Shown here piece after piece: positions 13,201-26,500 of a DNA stretch of 64,000 nucleotides. The stretch is taken from NCBI GenBank assembly GCA_040954595.2, contig CM082588.2:546613-610612 (forward strand), in the 5' to 3' direction. Numbering within the stretch: the first letter of the stretch is position 1; each line of letters begins with the position of its first letter. This DNA comes from Balanoglossus misakiensis (lineage: Eukaryota > Animalia > Hemichordata). A program made the position numbers and the translations under genes. A model generated the notes under the pieces. It was not told where the DNA came from. It was given only the letters and a program-made list of their open reading frames with translations, and ran no database searches.

Positions 13201-15613
13201 TAGCTGTTTACTGGTTGCTATGGACAACAAGCACTGGCACTTTACAACATGTTGCAACCTGATCAAACAAAAAGAAGCACATTTATGAAATAAAAATTGT
13301 TTAGATTTCAACGAGCTTTAATGCGTTTCAAGCTGTATGTAATCTTTCAGTTGTTATATATTTTATATTTTTGTCCATTGTGAGAAAGAGTACTTTTTAG
13401 GAAAGCTAGGCCCTGCCAGGTAACAGCGCACATGTGCCAGTTTAAGTGCTTTACATTCACTTCATATTCAGAAGTAAATTATCCTGATTATAAAATATTG
13501 ATTATCTTTCATATTTATACTGTCATTTTCCAACTGTTGATTGTTCTGCAGCTGTCACATTCAGTTTAATCCACAAAAGAATTAATCTAAAGTTGTATCA
13601 GACACACTTACAAATCGCATTATTAATATAATACCAACTGTGTAAACTGCTGGCATGTTAAATATTAATATCAATTTTCTAGTTTTTGAACCATTTATTG
13701 AATGTATATCACATGAAAAATTAAAATGAATATACTATCACTTTAAAGGTATAAATTAGGCGTGTCTTCTCAAAAAACCAAACATAAAGCCAGACTAGGT
13801 AGTATTATGCTTTGGGTGAAAATTAGCATCAATAAACTGTGTTCACATTATATCAGAATTGTACAGTGTGACATACAAGTGTTATATTGGGTAAATTCAG
13901 GCAACACTAAGGCCATACATCCCATAGTGTTGACAAGACTATTGTTATACCCAGTACTTACCAAGTCATATTTATTTCCTAAAAGCAGTACTGGTATTGA
14001 CTTTGGATCAGCTTTAGTGTAATCTGTGACCACTTTCACGATGCCATTTTCATCTTTCTCTGTTTTCTTCTGTGTAACTACGGCATGATTGACAATGTCC
14101 TGCTTCCAAGTGCCTGCCAATTCAACACTTTCTACGTCGGACAGATCTACAACAACTGAGACAGAAAGACAGACAGACAGACAGACAGATAGAAATAAAG
14201 AAATACTATAGTGACCATTATGGTGTGTGTCTGTTTGCATCATTCCCTATCACTTTACATGCTGTGTTGAAAAACATTTCACCCCCAGTCACCTCTTTAG
14301 CGGTCCAACTTTACCATAGGAAACAATGGATTTGGACCAAACCATTGCGGTGAAAGGGTTAAAGTGGCTGCTTTGCAGCTGTGATGAGCAAACCAACAAC
14401 TTTCTCAAGTCCCTTAATGGAATGGACATCCTGGAACTTAATGAGTGATTCCAATCCCACACTTGTAAAGAGAGAAATGATTGTACAAGAAGTACCAGGG
14501 TATTATCTTACCAATGGCAGCATCGACATCTTTGTAGTAACTCGTCCTGAGATCCATTTCTTCCCTTCCCGGAAGATCCCATACTGTCACAGAAACCACG
14601 GTGTGTTCTGGTACGTTCAGTTTCTTCACAACATTTTCTACAAGGATGATTACAACCAACACATCAGGATACCGTAAAACGGGTTATTTTAGCAACAGGA
14701 AATTTTCGCCATATCAAAAGATGCAACTGTTACGCGAGGATTAATTTTCACGTTCTCTTATTTCATTTACTGCATCGTTATCTCCGAAAAACAGTCAATG
14801 CAATGTTTTATTTTCACGTTTTTTTAGCTCTCGCATATTTTGCAAAAATTTATTTCTGTTAACTGTTACTTTCTCTTCTCTTTGTACTCAACCATGTATA
14901 GTAAAATTACAGAGTTAAACTTACCAATGCTAACTGTTGTTGTTGGTCTATAACTAAAATCAAACTGATTTTTTGTGTAGCGTAGAAATATACTCGTCTT
15001 GCCAACCTGTGCATCACCTGTGTATACCAAACAAAAAGGATGGATAGTTCTGAACAAAATAGACAGGAAAAATACAGTATGCAGGCTCTGATTACACGCT
15101 TAACAAACTGTGCATTCACAGAATAAAATATTGTATATATCAAAAGGAACAGCCACTGTCCCTTTAAATCGTCGCGTCTGTTACTGTCATGTAAATTGCT
15201 CATGAAATCGACATGACATGCTACAGGTGTTTATGTGTGAAATTGATTAGGCCACACACTGGGATGGCGTTTGATATACTCACCGACAAGAACTACCTTG
15301 AAAGCTGGCACCTCGTCAGTTGTGTATAATCCATTGTAATCAACACCTGTGAATAGAAAGTGGCGTGAAGACAATGACAACAACAACATCAACAACAACA
15401 ACAATGTCGACCGTGCAATTGATCACGGCGACGCGACGGAACGCGGAAGTGAAACACTGGCTCGTCCTACTGACGAACAGACAAGTCGCGAGAATGATCG
15501 GCAGTAATGCAACAGTTGGAAGACATCTTGAGAATCAAAAGACACAGAAAAAACTCTATAACCTACAGACTTGACGACTTACTTGTCCCTTCTTTCCCAC
15601 AACCTGCCCCCAT
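10284..15613 (-). CDS. Atypical Rab-family small GTPase (Rab32/Rab38/Rab29-like) with acidic insert and C-terminal helical extension, ~536 aa, 10 exons
   Basis: Phase-compatible GT-AG exons: 15613-15583, 15346-15284, 15017-14925, 14637-14512, 14155-13962, 12202-11889, 11609-11405 (or -11402), 11226-11035, 10881-10786, 10580-10284 (1611 nt). Translation: MGAGCGKEGTS...FKVVLVGDAQVGKTS (G1), YRPTT (G2), WDLPGRE (G3), TSYYKDVDAAIVVVD, WKQD, IPVLLLGNKYD (G4), EQHGFVGSVMVSAKD (G5). YYK, WKxD, IPxxLLxNK and HGFxG..SAKD resemble the Rab32/38/29 group. Confidence 0.88.
11729..11779. repeat. (CAGT/CAAT)n tetranucleotide microsatellite, intronic
   Basis: cagtcagtcaatcaatcagtcagtcagtcaaccagtcagtcagtcaatca seen directly. 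Confidence 0.9.
14157..14192. repeat. (AGAC)n microsatellite forming the polypyrimidine tract of Rab-like exon 5
   Basis: gagacagaaagacagacagacagacagacagat lies next to the minus-strand acceptor at 14156. Confidence 0.85.
14272..14362 (-). mobile_element. Short (~90 bp) MITE-like element with imperfect terminal inverted repeats
   Basis: Ends aacatttcacccc ... gcggtgaaagggttaa are imperfect inverted repeats. A second, degenerate copy lies at 9345-9425. Confidence 0.55.
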
Positions 15614-15854
15614 CTTGAAAGACCATCACAGACCATGACCTTTCACCTGTCGGATGGATACAAATTTTGTATTTTATAAGGCGAATTGAACTGTCCCACT
15701 ATAATTTTTGTAATTGTAACATAAAACAGAATAATATTAATCAATTGTACATATTATCTGCTTTTTGTTAAACTTACTGCAGAGCTTAAAGAGAACTTTT
15801 TAATTCGGTCTTTCCCCGCGGAGGAACATTTCTGTGAGTGAGGTGTGAGTCGCG

Positions 15855-15900
15855 CTTTGCTGCCCCGGCAACGGCGTCATTATTATTAGGTGACGTCATC
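15855..15900 (-). promoter_or_regulatory. Putative promoter of the Rab-like gene: RFX X-box-like site plus CRE
   Basis: GTTGCCGGGGCAGC (minus strand, 15859-15872) and palindromic TGACGTCA (15891-15898), ~250-280 bp upstream of the ATG in a CpG-rich patch. Confidence 0.45.
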
Positions 15901-16590
15901 AGCAGAGAACAAACGTCATTTCCCCGTGGCTAAAAATAGTACTCGCGGAGACAGTCGGAAAGTTTGGGGGACTACCAGACCAGACGGCGGGTTAAAACAA
16001 ACGAAAAAAGTTGCCCTGATTCTTACACAAAAATTTAAAAGAGTAAAATTTCCTATGGGCCAACTTGCCAAATTTATAGCATTGTTATTTTCAGAAAGCA
16101 AAGCTCTAAAAGTCAGTATATACCAGTACAGAATAGGTGAGAGTGAGAGTTTTACCACCTATTGTGGTAGAAAAAAGGTTTTAACAAAAGGACAACTCAA
16201 CCAAGTGTGAAGAAGTTTTTCTTATATGTTGAAGACATCAACCTTTTAAAAGACATTCACTTTCTCAAAGGTCAATGGTCAGAAACTTGGTCCCCCACCC
16301 AATATTTACTGAGACTTTTTGTTGCATCTTCTCTGCCGACCGATTATCGAAGCTCCGTCTTCCAGTTGGTGTACAAGGCTTGTCTTCACGATTTAGATTT
16401 TATCACCACAGACACGCGTTTACTTTCCACATATTTGAGTCGGGAAAGTGTTGACAAAGGTGGATTAGCTTATCAGGTGGTCGGCATCCTGTGTGAGATT
16501 AGGCGATTTTAGGTGATTAACACCTCGTTTTTTGTTGTCTACAATCTTTGATCATGTACATGATGGGGAGCGTGCGCGCGCACTACCCCC

Positions 16591-16805
16591 CACTTTCACC
16601 CATGTCCATTATATATACACCCCTGAAAGCAACAAGTGTCTCAGATCTCAGTAGACTTCCTTCAGCCTCCACAAGTTCAAGTTCACACTGCGAGCAAGTC
16701 TTCCAAGTTTTTCCAAGTCTCAACCTCGACCCAATCCTGCCATTTTCAAGTCTCAAGTGCCACGCATCCAACAACAGTCTAAGCTGTGAATTCACAATGG
16801 TAAGT
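16591..16805 (+). promoter_or_regulatory. PRDM1: PRDM1 candidate promoter and first exon 1a (5'UTR plus ATG only)
   Basis: TATATATA at 16610-16617, Inr-like TCAGT at 16648, an ATG-free leader, then ATG (16797-16799) directly followed by a perfect GTAAGT donor. Phase 0 matches the acceptor at 32981 (ATG|GTG AAA TGC). Confidence 0.65.
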
Positions 16806-17524
16806 CAAAAACTAATATAAACTTTTTTTTAAAAACTTTCTTTTTCATGTTTTCAATCCAATAGTGTTATAAGTTTACCAGCTTAGTTCTGTTCTTACCC
16901 CCACCCCCATATATCATAATTTAATCACATTTACACGATACACTGGCATCTTACAATGGTACAAATAGTGAGACTGCCAACATAATTTCTCCTTCGACAC
17001 AGTCCGTCTATCTGACTTATACACCGCGGTAGCTCCATGGGCTATCAAACACAACAGATTGTGCAGGAAAGTTGCCCTTTGCAGCTGAAATCACTATGAG
17101 CTTAGCTACGTAATAAATAAGCCAACCCGACCACTATTTTGAAGCTTTTTAAAACTAAAATAACTTGCTTTTACCAGTGGAGAAAGCTGAACAACTTTCA
17201 TGTAACACTAAAGTTTTAATATTTGCCTTTCTGATTACCAGTGCCGATATGGTGGGCTCCTAACTTTCGTTGATTGTATTTGCGATCTGATAAATAAGCA
17301 ACTCGACTTTAGTAACCATTAACTAGACAGTCCAACGTTTACAATTCACTTTCGTACTTTGAAACATATTTAGAAGGTATGATTTATTACTCTGCTGGTT
17401 CCGCGTATACCTTTCACACTCTCTCCCACACCGCTGCGGCGTCGATCATTTGCTGGGACACCGCTGTGTGACTGACAGGGCTGAACGTACCGCTGCTAGT
17501 GTTAGTCTCAAACACACACGCACA

Positions 17525-17572
17525 ATGCCTAAACGACGACGACGTTTTTGTAGAAAGCGAAAGGGAAAAAAG
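17525..17572 (+). CDS. PRDM1: PRDM1 candidate alternative first coding exon 1b (MPKRRRRFCRKRKGKK)
   Basis: cacaATG start, exactly 48 nt, ending AAG|GTAAGA. Phase 0 is compatible with exon 2. It sits in a CpG-rich patch at 17400-17760. Confidence 0.55.
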
Positions 17573-20500
17573 GTAAGATAGCCGGGGATAAAATTACCCG
17601 TGCCATTGAAATTTGACAATAACGACTTTCTGGTGAATTCCACGAAGTATAGTTAAATACCCGTAAAATGCGGGCGGGGAGGGGGGTCAATGGAAGGGCA
17701 AAAAGATGCGAAAGTGTCCGCGACCAAAAGCCGGGTTATTCTGAACGAGCAGCGGTATTTATGTGTAGGATTTTATTGGAATGGTCGGAATTGAAAGATA
17801 TACGATGTGGTTATCGCCGTAACAGGTAGGTAGGTTACCAATAGCTTGATTGATGTCTCTTCGAGGTATAACTTTATATATAACTGGTGTATCAATCTGA
17901 ATGGCCACAGAGTCAATATAGGGAGTTGGTCGGCGCCTGGTACCTTCAGTGTACGTACCCGTACCTGTCCAGCGAAAGTAAAATACGACTAACATGATGC
18001 TTAGTGACAAAGTTACGCGGAATTTACCGACCCGTTCATTTTTTTGCGTTTAATGGTGTGCCAATCAAACTTTCCACGAGTGATTTTCATGAACAATTCT
18101 GCTTGAAACGTCATTGACTATAAATGGGAATGATCAATGTGTGGTCATACTGTAAAGAAAGCGATAACGTGTCATTTTGCGACAATATAACAATTCATTG
18201 GAGTATGAATTTCACACCTGAATGCCGGTATGAATCCATTCCCTTTGATGATGTCAGCGCTTACTAATTTATCCGATTAAATGGGTGTTGTTAAATTGAT
18301 ACAAGAGATACTTTGTTTCAATATTTGCGCTTGCTTTTGTTTGACTTTCTCTCGCGCTTTCGGTTAAACTTTGAAGTTAGATTTTAAAGATAGACAGATC
18401 ATCGGACTGGTATGGTATAAGATTCGATTTCCGTGCGTTTTCCCCTTCGAAAAAAATTTAGGGTGGGTTTTACAACGTTCTTTTGGTCTCACTTCTGGGT
18501 CTATTGTTCCACGCGTAGTTTCACCGGTGCCGCGCGGCTAAAATAAACGACTTTGTAGTGTTTTCACCCAAGTATGTCGAGGGAAAGTTGTTCCCAAATT
18601 ACACTCAAAAGAAAAGAAATAGAGAAGACGTCGAAAGGCTGTATAGTTTTTTTTGTGCTGCAACTTCTCTGTTTAAAGACACGCCATATGACTTCCTATA
18701 AATCTCTTCGTCACAAAAGTTCTCAAAAGTTTTCTAAAGTCGAAGTTTCAGAACAAATGAAAGTGTGTTCCTACAACGTTATGGTTCCACTTTTCTTTCG
18801 CCAATTCGAAGGACAGGTAATCAATCATGTACTGGCCGAATTCAGGTTTCAAGCAACATCCTGGGGCTGAAAGGAATCGTGTGCTGTTCAAACTAACTTT
18901 CACTTTTGCGCAATAGTGCGACAAGAATATTAAAAGACACGTATTCAACTGAGGTATAGCCCTGGGGCCAATATGACAATGAATGGTTATGCGGCTGATG
19001 AAGCAAAGTTAAACATGGGTTCTTTTACTCTCTGTTAAACTCTCACTCTCGCTAATGTATGATACATGTACGTATGTTTCCTGTCAATGAAGGAAGATAG
19101 GACGAAGTCTGTGTTGTCTTGTTCTGTTCAAAAGTAGACCCTAACCCTGAATTTCGTATACCATGCAGGGATTTTTATTATCCACGACCCCTTACTGCTC
19201 CAAACAAAAAATCTAACCCCGATGGGCGTGTACAGAAAGTGGAAGTGTACTGAGTGTTGACACAAATCAACAGGTGGTTCTCTAGTGAGCACAGCCTGGT
19301 GTAACGACACTTCACTAAAAACTATAAAGTGGCAAAGAATAGGAACAACATGCAACAAAAACTGATAGGGCCACTTGTCTCTCATTCATCACTCTTCACC
19401 ATGTGAATCATTTATTAGTGTACTTTCATTTAAACAACACATCATTAATCATAATTAATTGATTATAGGAAGTGCATAGTCTGTGTGGACGTGTCAATTT
19501 TAATGAGAATCTAACAAGCTGGTTTATACATACTAGTTGCTTGTGTTGACTGTCCCTGGACTCACAGAAACTAAAAGTGTAAGTGAGACACGTGAATTGG
19601 CCAAATGTATTTACATATGAATGAATCTAGGTTTATGTTTTCTTGCCATCTTTTGTTGTATGTTTACGATGACCACTGGTGTTTACTGTACCTTTGAGTT
19701 TAGCCCAGGTATGCAGGTTGTTGTCATGGAAACCGATGGCTCATATCTAAGGCAGTTGTCTTGCACACAGTGATCTTGTTCCATTTTTATTTGGGTAGAT
19801 ATTTTTCCCTTACTCAGCAACATATCCAAAGAGTTGTAGTGAAACTGTTTTACATGATGACATGAATCATTCTTTCCTGAACGAAACAACTCTAGATCTC
19901 GGGTCAAAATTGTTCCACGTCCAAACTCCACATGGTCCTGATGTGTGAGTTGTTGGTGGCAAAAGTTTATTTTTAACATTTGATGAAAAGTAATGAAGTA
20001 TTAAGGGATTATACAATTTCATTCAGAGTTGCTGAATTTCAGTATAATGACAGTCAGACACCATGTAGAGAAAGTGGGTGGGTATGTCTTATCTTCATCA
20101 CTACAAGTATTGATTTGACATGACATACAACAGCTGATTTCTGGAGTATCTTTGTGGATGTCAGATCAATGAAGGTGTAAGTGTTTATGGTGGACATGTT
20201 ATGAGGTGCAGTGGTCAGCTGATGTGAACTGTTGACAGGTCAGGTGAAAGTCGTCCAGTGAGGGAACAATGGTCACAAAGTGTCACTCAAGATTGAGACT
20301 GTTTTGTCACTTTTTACTTCAGTGTAGACTTTCCTTTGGAATACAGGTCATTATATATAGTCTAGGCTTTCGCATTTTTCCCCACACTACCATCTAGCAA
20401 CAATCACACCACTGGCCTAACTGGTAAAATAGAGATTTGTTGGAAGCTCTAAATGTCGTAAATATTTACAACTGTTTATTTTGACTCATTGGTATTTGAA

Positions 20501-23500
20501 CAATGTATTCAATGGGAGTGTTACTTTCACAGCCATAAAATACAAGTTAATGGTCACTCAGTATTTGTTATTCGAGAACTTTCAAAAGTCATTGGAAAGT
20601 TATCTGTACAACTTCCTATAACTGGCCAATTGCAACTGAAACACTTCCAGTAATTGGACAATCCACGGTCACTCAGAAACTGGTCAGTCATATCCAATAT
20701 GACTCATTTATTGAGAGAGAAAAATCCACTTTCAAAACCTCCCAATTCCAAAACTGATTCTGATCAAATTTCTCAGAAAGCAAAACTTACATTAATGTGA
20801 CAAGAGTGGTTTCATTACATCAATCCAAACTCTGACTACAATGCTGTCAACTTCTTACCCACAATGCAGTTCTTATGATATGATTTGAGCCCCCTTGCAT
20901 GAAGTAAAACACTATTTAAGGTAGTGGGAATGTCCTTTTGTTCTGGGCATGGGATGGGGAGTTTTTGCTTGGTTAGACCACTTTGTAGCAGAGATAGAGA
21001 GCAAGTGATGGAAGGATGAAAGGGCTTAACAATGGAAGGACAATTACAGGTCACTATATCAAACATCCAATGTTAGTGTGGATCACGGTGACCATGTGTG
21101 GATAAATGACTATTTGAGGTCTGTTAGACACCCCCCCCCCCCTGTAAACTGCAATATACTAGTACATGTACCCCACAATTATAATTGTTTGCCTTCCTTA
21201 ATTTGGCACCCCAAAACATTCTGGCAAAGGAGGTACATACAATCCAACCACCTGTTGATGTCATCCAGGATGGAATACAGCATGATTACAGGCATATAAA
21301 CACATGGTCAAACTGGCCACCACTTCAACACCTGATGATATACACTGGCTGGTACTTCCAAAGCCACCAGATGGGGAAGCGCCACCCACTCAGGTGACGT
21401 GTACACATACAGCATTGATGACAGACCTGGGCACTCCCTATCAAAGTGAACTGATTTCTCCTGTGAACCATCAAGCTTGAATTCAACTTTCACCCACTGC
21501 ACTTCGGTTGCGATGACGTGCATCACACTCTACGGGGCTGCAGGCATCACTCACCAACATCAGATATTTTATCAACATGGAAAGTAAGCCTGATATAAAA
21601 CCAATACAATTGAGGTCAATAAAAAGGTCACCAAGCTGTCACGCCAACTGACTTCACAACCATCACTCCAGAAACTCCCAACGCAATGTCAAAATTTAAT
21701 TCTGTCAAAATACAAGTTAATATTTCAACGGCTTTCAGGATTTCAACCCCACCCATTGTGCACTCAGCAAAAGTGGCATTTACATCCAATAAATATGTCA
21801 ACGTATCACATGATTAAAATATTGAATATTTCAATGGAATATCATAACTAGCCTGGGAAAGAACACCTAATATCAACACAAAGTGAACTTTATGACTTAT
21901 TGTTATAGAAGGAATGTTTATCTTGCTGAAAGACATCCATGTGTACTTTCCTCACAAGTTTGCAGACAAACAAGTGAAATTATTAAAAGCAAATAAATGG
22001 ACAGTCGAAAAACAATCAATATAATTTAGTCTTATCTGAAGGTATAGTGAGAGTATTTCCCTCACTTTTTAGGAAAATCTTGGTTGTCAAAGTATTCATC
22101 TGATTTTCGCTGAGTTGACTGAAAACTTTAAAGTGACCTCCATTGTCAGTATTAATGTCTGAGACAAAATGTCTTCTTATCGGTAATATACAGCTGTTTC
22201 TATAGAAACTTGACTGGTTCAGAGTATCTGTTATGCGATATTACAAATTATCTGTGTTCAGGTGATAATTTTGGGAAGGAGGGCATTTTTATACTGGTCT
22301 CAGATCAGAAGCAGATCATACAACCATTCATAGTAGTATATTAGATACCTTTATTTTACTGATTAACTGTTTTGGATAATATTTTGACTAATTTCATCAA
22401 AATTCAACCAGAACAGATCTCTGTTGCCAGGTAATTGAAGAACTGAAAGTGTTTATCATTTTTGAAAAGCGCATTTTCTGACCCAGTGATGTTTTTAGTT
22501 CAGCAGCTGATAGACTCCATGACGCACTTGAACTTTCTTTGGCATTCATGGTTTCCCAAGCATAGTGTGATCTTTGTCATTTCAGTGGTTACTGTTTGAC
22601 TAGATCTAAAGCCTAGGGGAGTCTAGCTTCTGCTCTGCTGGGGAGAGTACTTAATCTGATAACTGTGTTTCTTCACTGAACAAACATTGATAGCACTGTA
22701 CTGTCTCTCTGCTTGTGTCAACACCTGAGTTGAGAGGGAAAAAACAAGTCTGGTTGGGAACCTCCCTAGCTGCCGTGTGCTTCAACTCTCAAACAGCAGA
22801 AGGCTGATCCACAACAAGTGTACAAACTGAATTATTCCTCACATGTAGGAATTACTCTTCATTCAACATGACTTTCGTTTGTACAGTCTTGAAAGATTCA
22901 TCGACAATCTTCAAGAATACAATACAATCCGATCAAGTTTTGACGAAATAACTAGCGTATGACTAATTTCGTCTGCTTGGCCTGGGAACAATATTAATGA
23001 AAACCGACATAGTATTTGATTTGTCAATTCACAACATATGATGTACAACAATTTTTGGCTGCTGTGCCAAAGAACAAAGAGAAGTGAAACCTGATTCCTT
23101 GATTGGTCAATCCGAAACACATGACAAATCTCATGACAGAAAGCTATCCAATGGGCAAATGTTCATTGTTGAGAGGGTAATTTATAATATTCAACAGTTC
23201 CTGCACCATATGACAGACAGCAAAAATGGCCAGGGAAGGACTTCAAACTACTTCTGGCTTTAGTCAAGAAGTTTAACATTGGCTTTTGTAGAACAAGGAG
23301 AGGGAAAGAATCAACAAATCAATGCGAAGTTGGCTGGGGTGGCCATATTGACATTAAGTCTTATATTTATCTGAGGCAAATCTTAAATTCAGTTTCAGAG
23401 TTGAGATAACGGGATTACAAGGAACAGGTGATGTAAGGTATTTTCTCTACAATCACCAATGTGGGTTTTAGGTGCATGCAGAACTAGCTGTGTATAATCC

Positions 23501-26500
23501 CCGGCAGTTATCTGTGGTTTCATTGATTAGGAGAGCCTAGCTTTCCTTTCTTGTTCTGGGTAACACTTCACTGACAGTGGCATGGCATCAGGGGGATTTG
23601 ACCAGCCCAACTGGGGTACACGTGCATTTCTCCGCAACTGTCCTGTTAATTTTTGAAGACTTGATCTGCACTTTGGCCTAGAAAACTTGTCACTCACAAC
23701 AAACAATGAAGTTTCTATTTTAATGAAGATGCATCACGACACCTGATATGAACAACAGGAAAATATCTACATTGTCCACTTATAACAGCATATCCTTTTT
23801 AGGTCCTATTTTGGGACCTTATGGGATCGGTTGCGTCTGTATTGTAGCATAAGTGGCACTTTAGAACAATAAAAACTGAAGAATATTATCAGAATGTGTC
23901 TCTGTGTGTCATTTCTACTATAGGTCATCATAGCAATTACTTGCTATGGCTCGATCTTGGTCTTCATTCACTTTAATATGCAACCAATAAGAGAATATCA
24001 ACCAGAACAATTTCATATAAAAGAGTAACAAAATATTTCATGAATTTTAACAAATTGAAAGACAGTAATTTATTTATTATCCTGTTGGTAACATATCATC
24101 TTATTTTGTTTGAAAATGTGATTTTGATACATTATGACATCAACTGATTAAATAGCTACATCTTGAGTACCTGTACAATCTACTGTTTCGATTCGAAATC
24201 CTCTTAATTCACTGAGCTGTTCACATAAAGTGTGTTTACCTGTTTTCCAGCCAATATCAGCTCTGATGCTATCACCAGTGAAATTAGTCCTCAGTTAATC
24301 ATCTACCAAAATACTTTTAAATCTCTTTTCCCAATCAACCTGTGTGTATAAATTGACATTCGGTTAATCTTTGCTTGCAAGCTGCAAGTCAACAGAATGG
24401 AGGCTGTTTTTGTAAGTCTTGGTCAGGTGACTTGCCGATAGCCAATCATGATAGCCAAGTGGAAGAGCCAAGAAGTGTTAACAAATTCACTAGGATTTAT
24501 TTTTAGAAACTGTGATGAAGAGTTAATCAGTGAGAATGAGAACGGTAATTGTGGTTTGAATGACTGTTAACTGTTACTTGGAGACTGGCTGTTTGGGCTG
24601 GAGAGGAGAGAGATGTGATGAAAGGGATGGGGATAAGGAGAGTTAAAGATGAAAAGAGGAGGATGAGTTGGGGGTGAGTGGGGGGGGGGGCTATGAGGGA
24701 GGGTGATATTGCGGTGAAAACTACTACAGGAATCTTACAAAAGTTCAGTTAAAATTCACATTTTCAGTGTGAAATTGGAATAAAACTAACTGCACACTTG
24801 GCCAATTTCTCATCAAAAGTCTATAGGAAGCCATTTCAATGTCACAAATGAGAACTACTATAATAGTGACCCTTATTCTTCACCTTTGAATGACCCGAAC
24901 TGGTGAAAAACTAGGCCACATTGGCAGATGCTTGATCTGCCCAAATTTCTTCAATCCACACCCAAACACAATCTTATACTAACACACACCAGTGTTGACT
25001 TTTCTGACATAAAAACTGGTTTAGTCACCAAGCTGTAACGATGGTGTAATATCGTTCTCTCTGACCATGACTTGTACAAGTGTGTCAGCAAATGTCTACT
25101 CTATATCCAGACCAACCATGAACAAACAAAACAGGGGCAGCACGCGGAAACCACAACCGCCCATAAACACCCAAGACAAGTCAAATCGTACGTTCTATCA
25201 ACCTTTTAACAAAGAATAATTGGAAACTGAGTTTTGTGACAACCCAATTGTGATGTCATCGGACTGTACCTTGTAACTGTGATAAGCGAAAGAGGGTAAC
25301 ATCGTGACTTCGCACCCGTGCTGAGACCGACTGGTACAAGGGAAAACACAAACCTACAAGCCACACCTCCAAATAAGAAAATGACATATTTATGAGTATC
25401 AAAGTAAGGATTCTTGACATAATATGAGACAGGTATTGTCTATCGCCAACAAGTGCCAAGCACTTCCCTTAAGTCAAACCCACTTGACAGTCCGCGCTAT
25501 CAACTCCTAAAAAATTCGCACACACGTAGCCGATCGACTTGTCAGAAACAGTATTACAAAACGGTATGCTGTTATTTCCCAGCTTAGTACCAGCATGAGG
25601 TAATTCACCATTTTCACCATAATGAACATAATCTTGTAACATTTTCATATCTCACCTCAACACCTCCTGTATTAATTTCTTCACATTTATTTTTCGTCAC
25701 ATTCTGAAGGTATTGAAAACTTTCAAATAAATTTGACTGCCACAACCAGTGGCCCCTGGACATTTTTCAACACAACTCCTTGCTATAAATTCTTTTACCG
25801 TAAAATTAAACTTGCTCAATATAAAGAAGTCAGTCATGTGAAATTACTGGCAGTGACATCATATTTTGAGAGGAAGACACAAAAAGAAATAATGTTAGCT
25901 TCATTCAATATACGGAGAAAAAAAACTTTATTTCTGTGAGTTTAATTTCACGGATCTCAGACCGATGAAAATGTATCTTTTCCCATTGTATTTAACTGCC
26001 ACTATATCAGCAGAGGTGGGTGGAAGTGTTTGCTGATTTTAATTGTGAATTGACACAACAGCTTGATGCTATCTGCCTAGCAATTAGTAAAATTTTAACC
26101 CAAGTCAATCTAGCAGTTGTGTTTACATGCCCCCAAATGAAGGAGTGGTCTTGTATCTGTTCAGAGCGGGCCACATAGTCACCACTGACCTGGCAGTCTT
26201 CACTTAATCGATGGTTGTTGTGGTGAAATTTGTTTTGATGAACGAAAACATGTGATGTCATCATCAGGATTTCACCAATCCTCAAATGAGAAAGCAGCCG
26301 GGCACATTCCGTACCAGGATGTGCTGGCATTGGTAATCTCTGCCCAGGACGCCCATATCTTGACAACGACATCAGCCCGGCTAATTACTCTCCAGGGAAC
26401 TTCACCATTTGACACAACCCAGTTGAAACGTCCACTGCTGGTTTTAAACAGAAAGTGCCATCTCTTAAGAAACTTTGACAATACGATCCAAAAGATGAGC

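Noticed and set aside
14670-14865. Possible decayed MITE (taccgtaaaa...ttttcacg...), with a similar start at ~25796
   Set aside because: Terminal inverted repeats and target-site duplication could not be delimited by eye.
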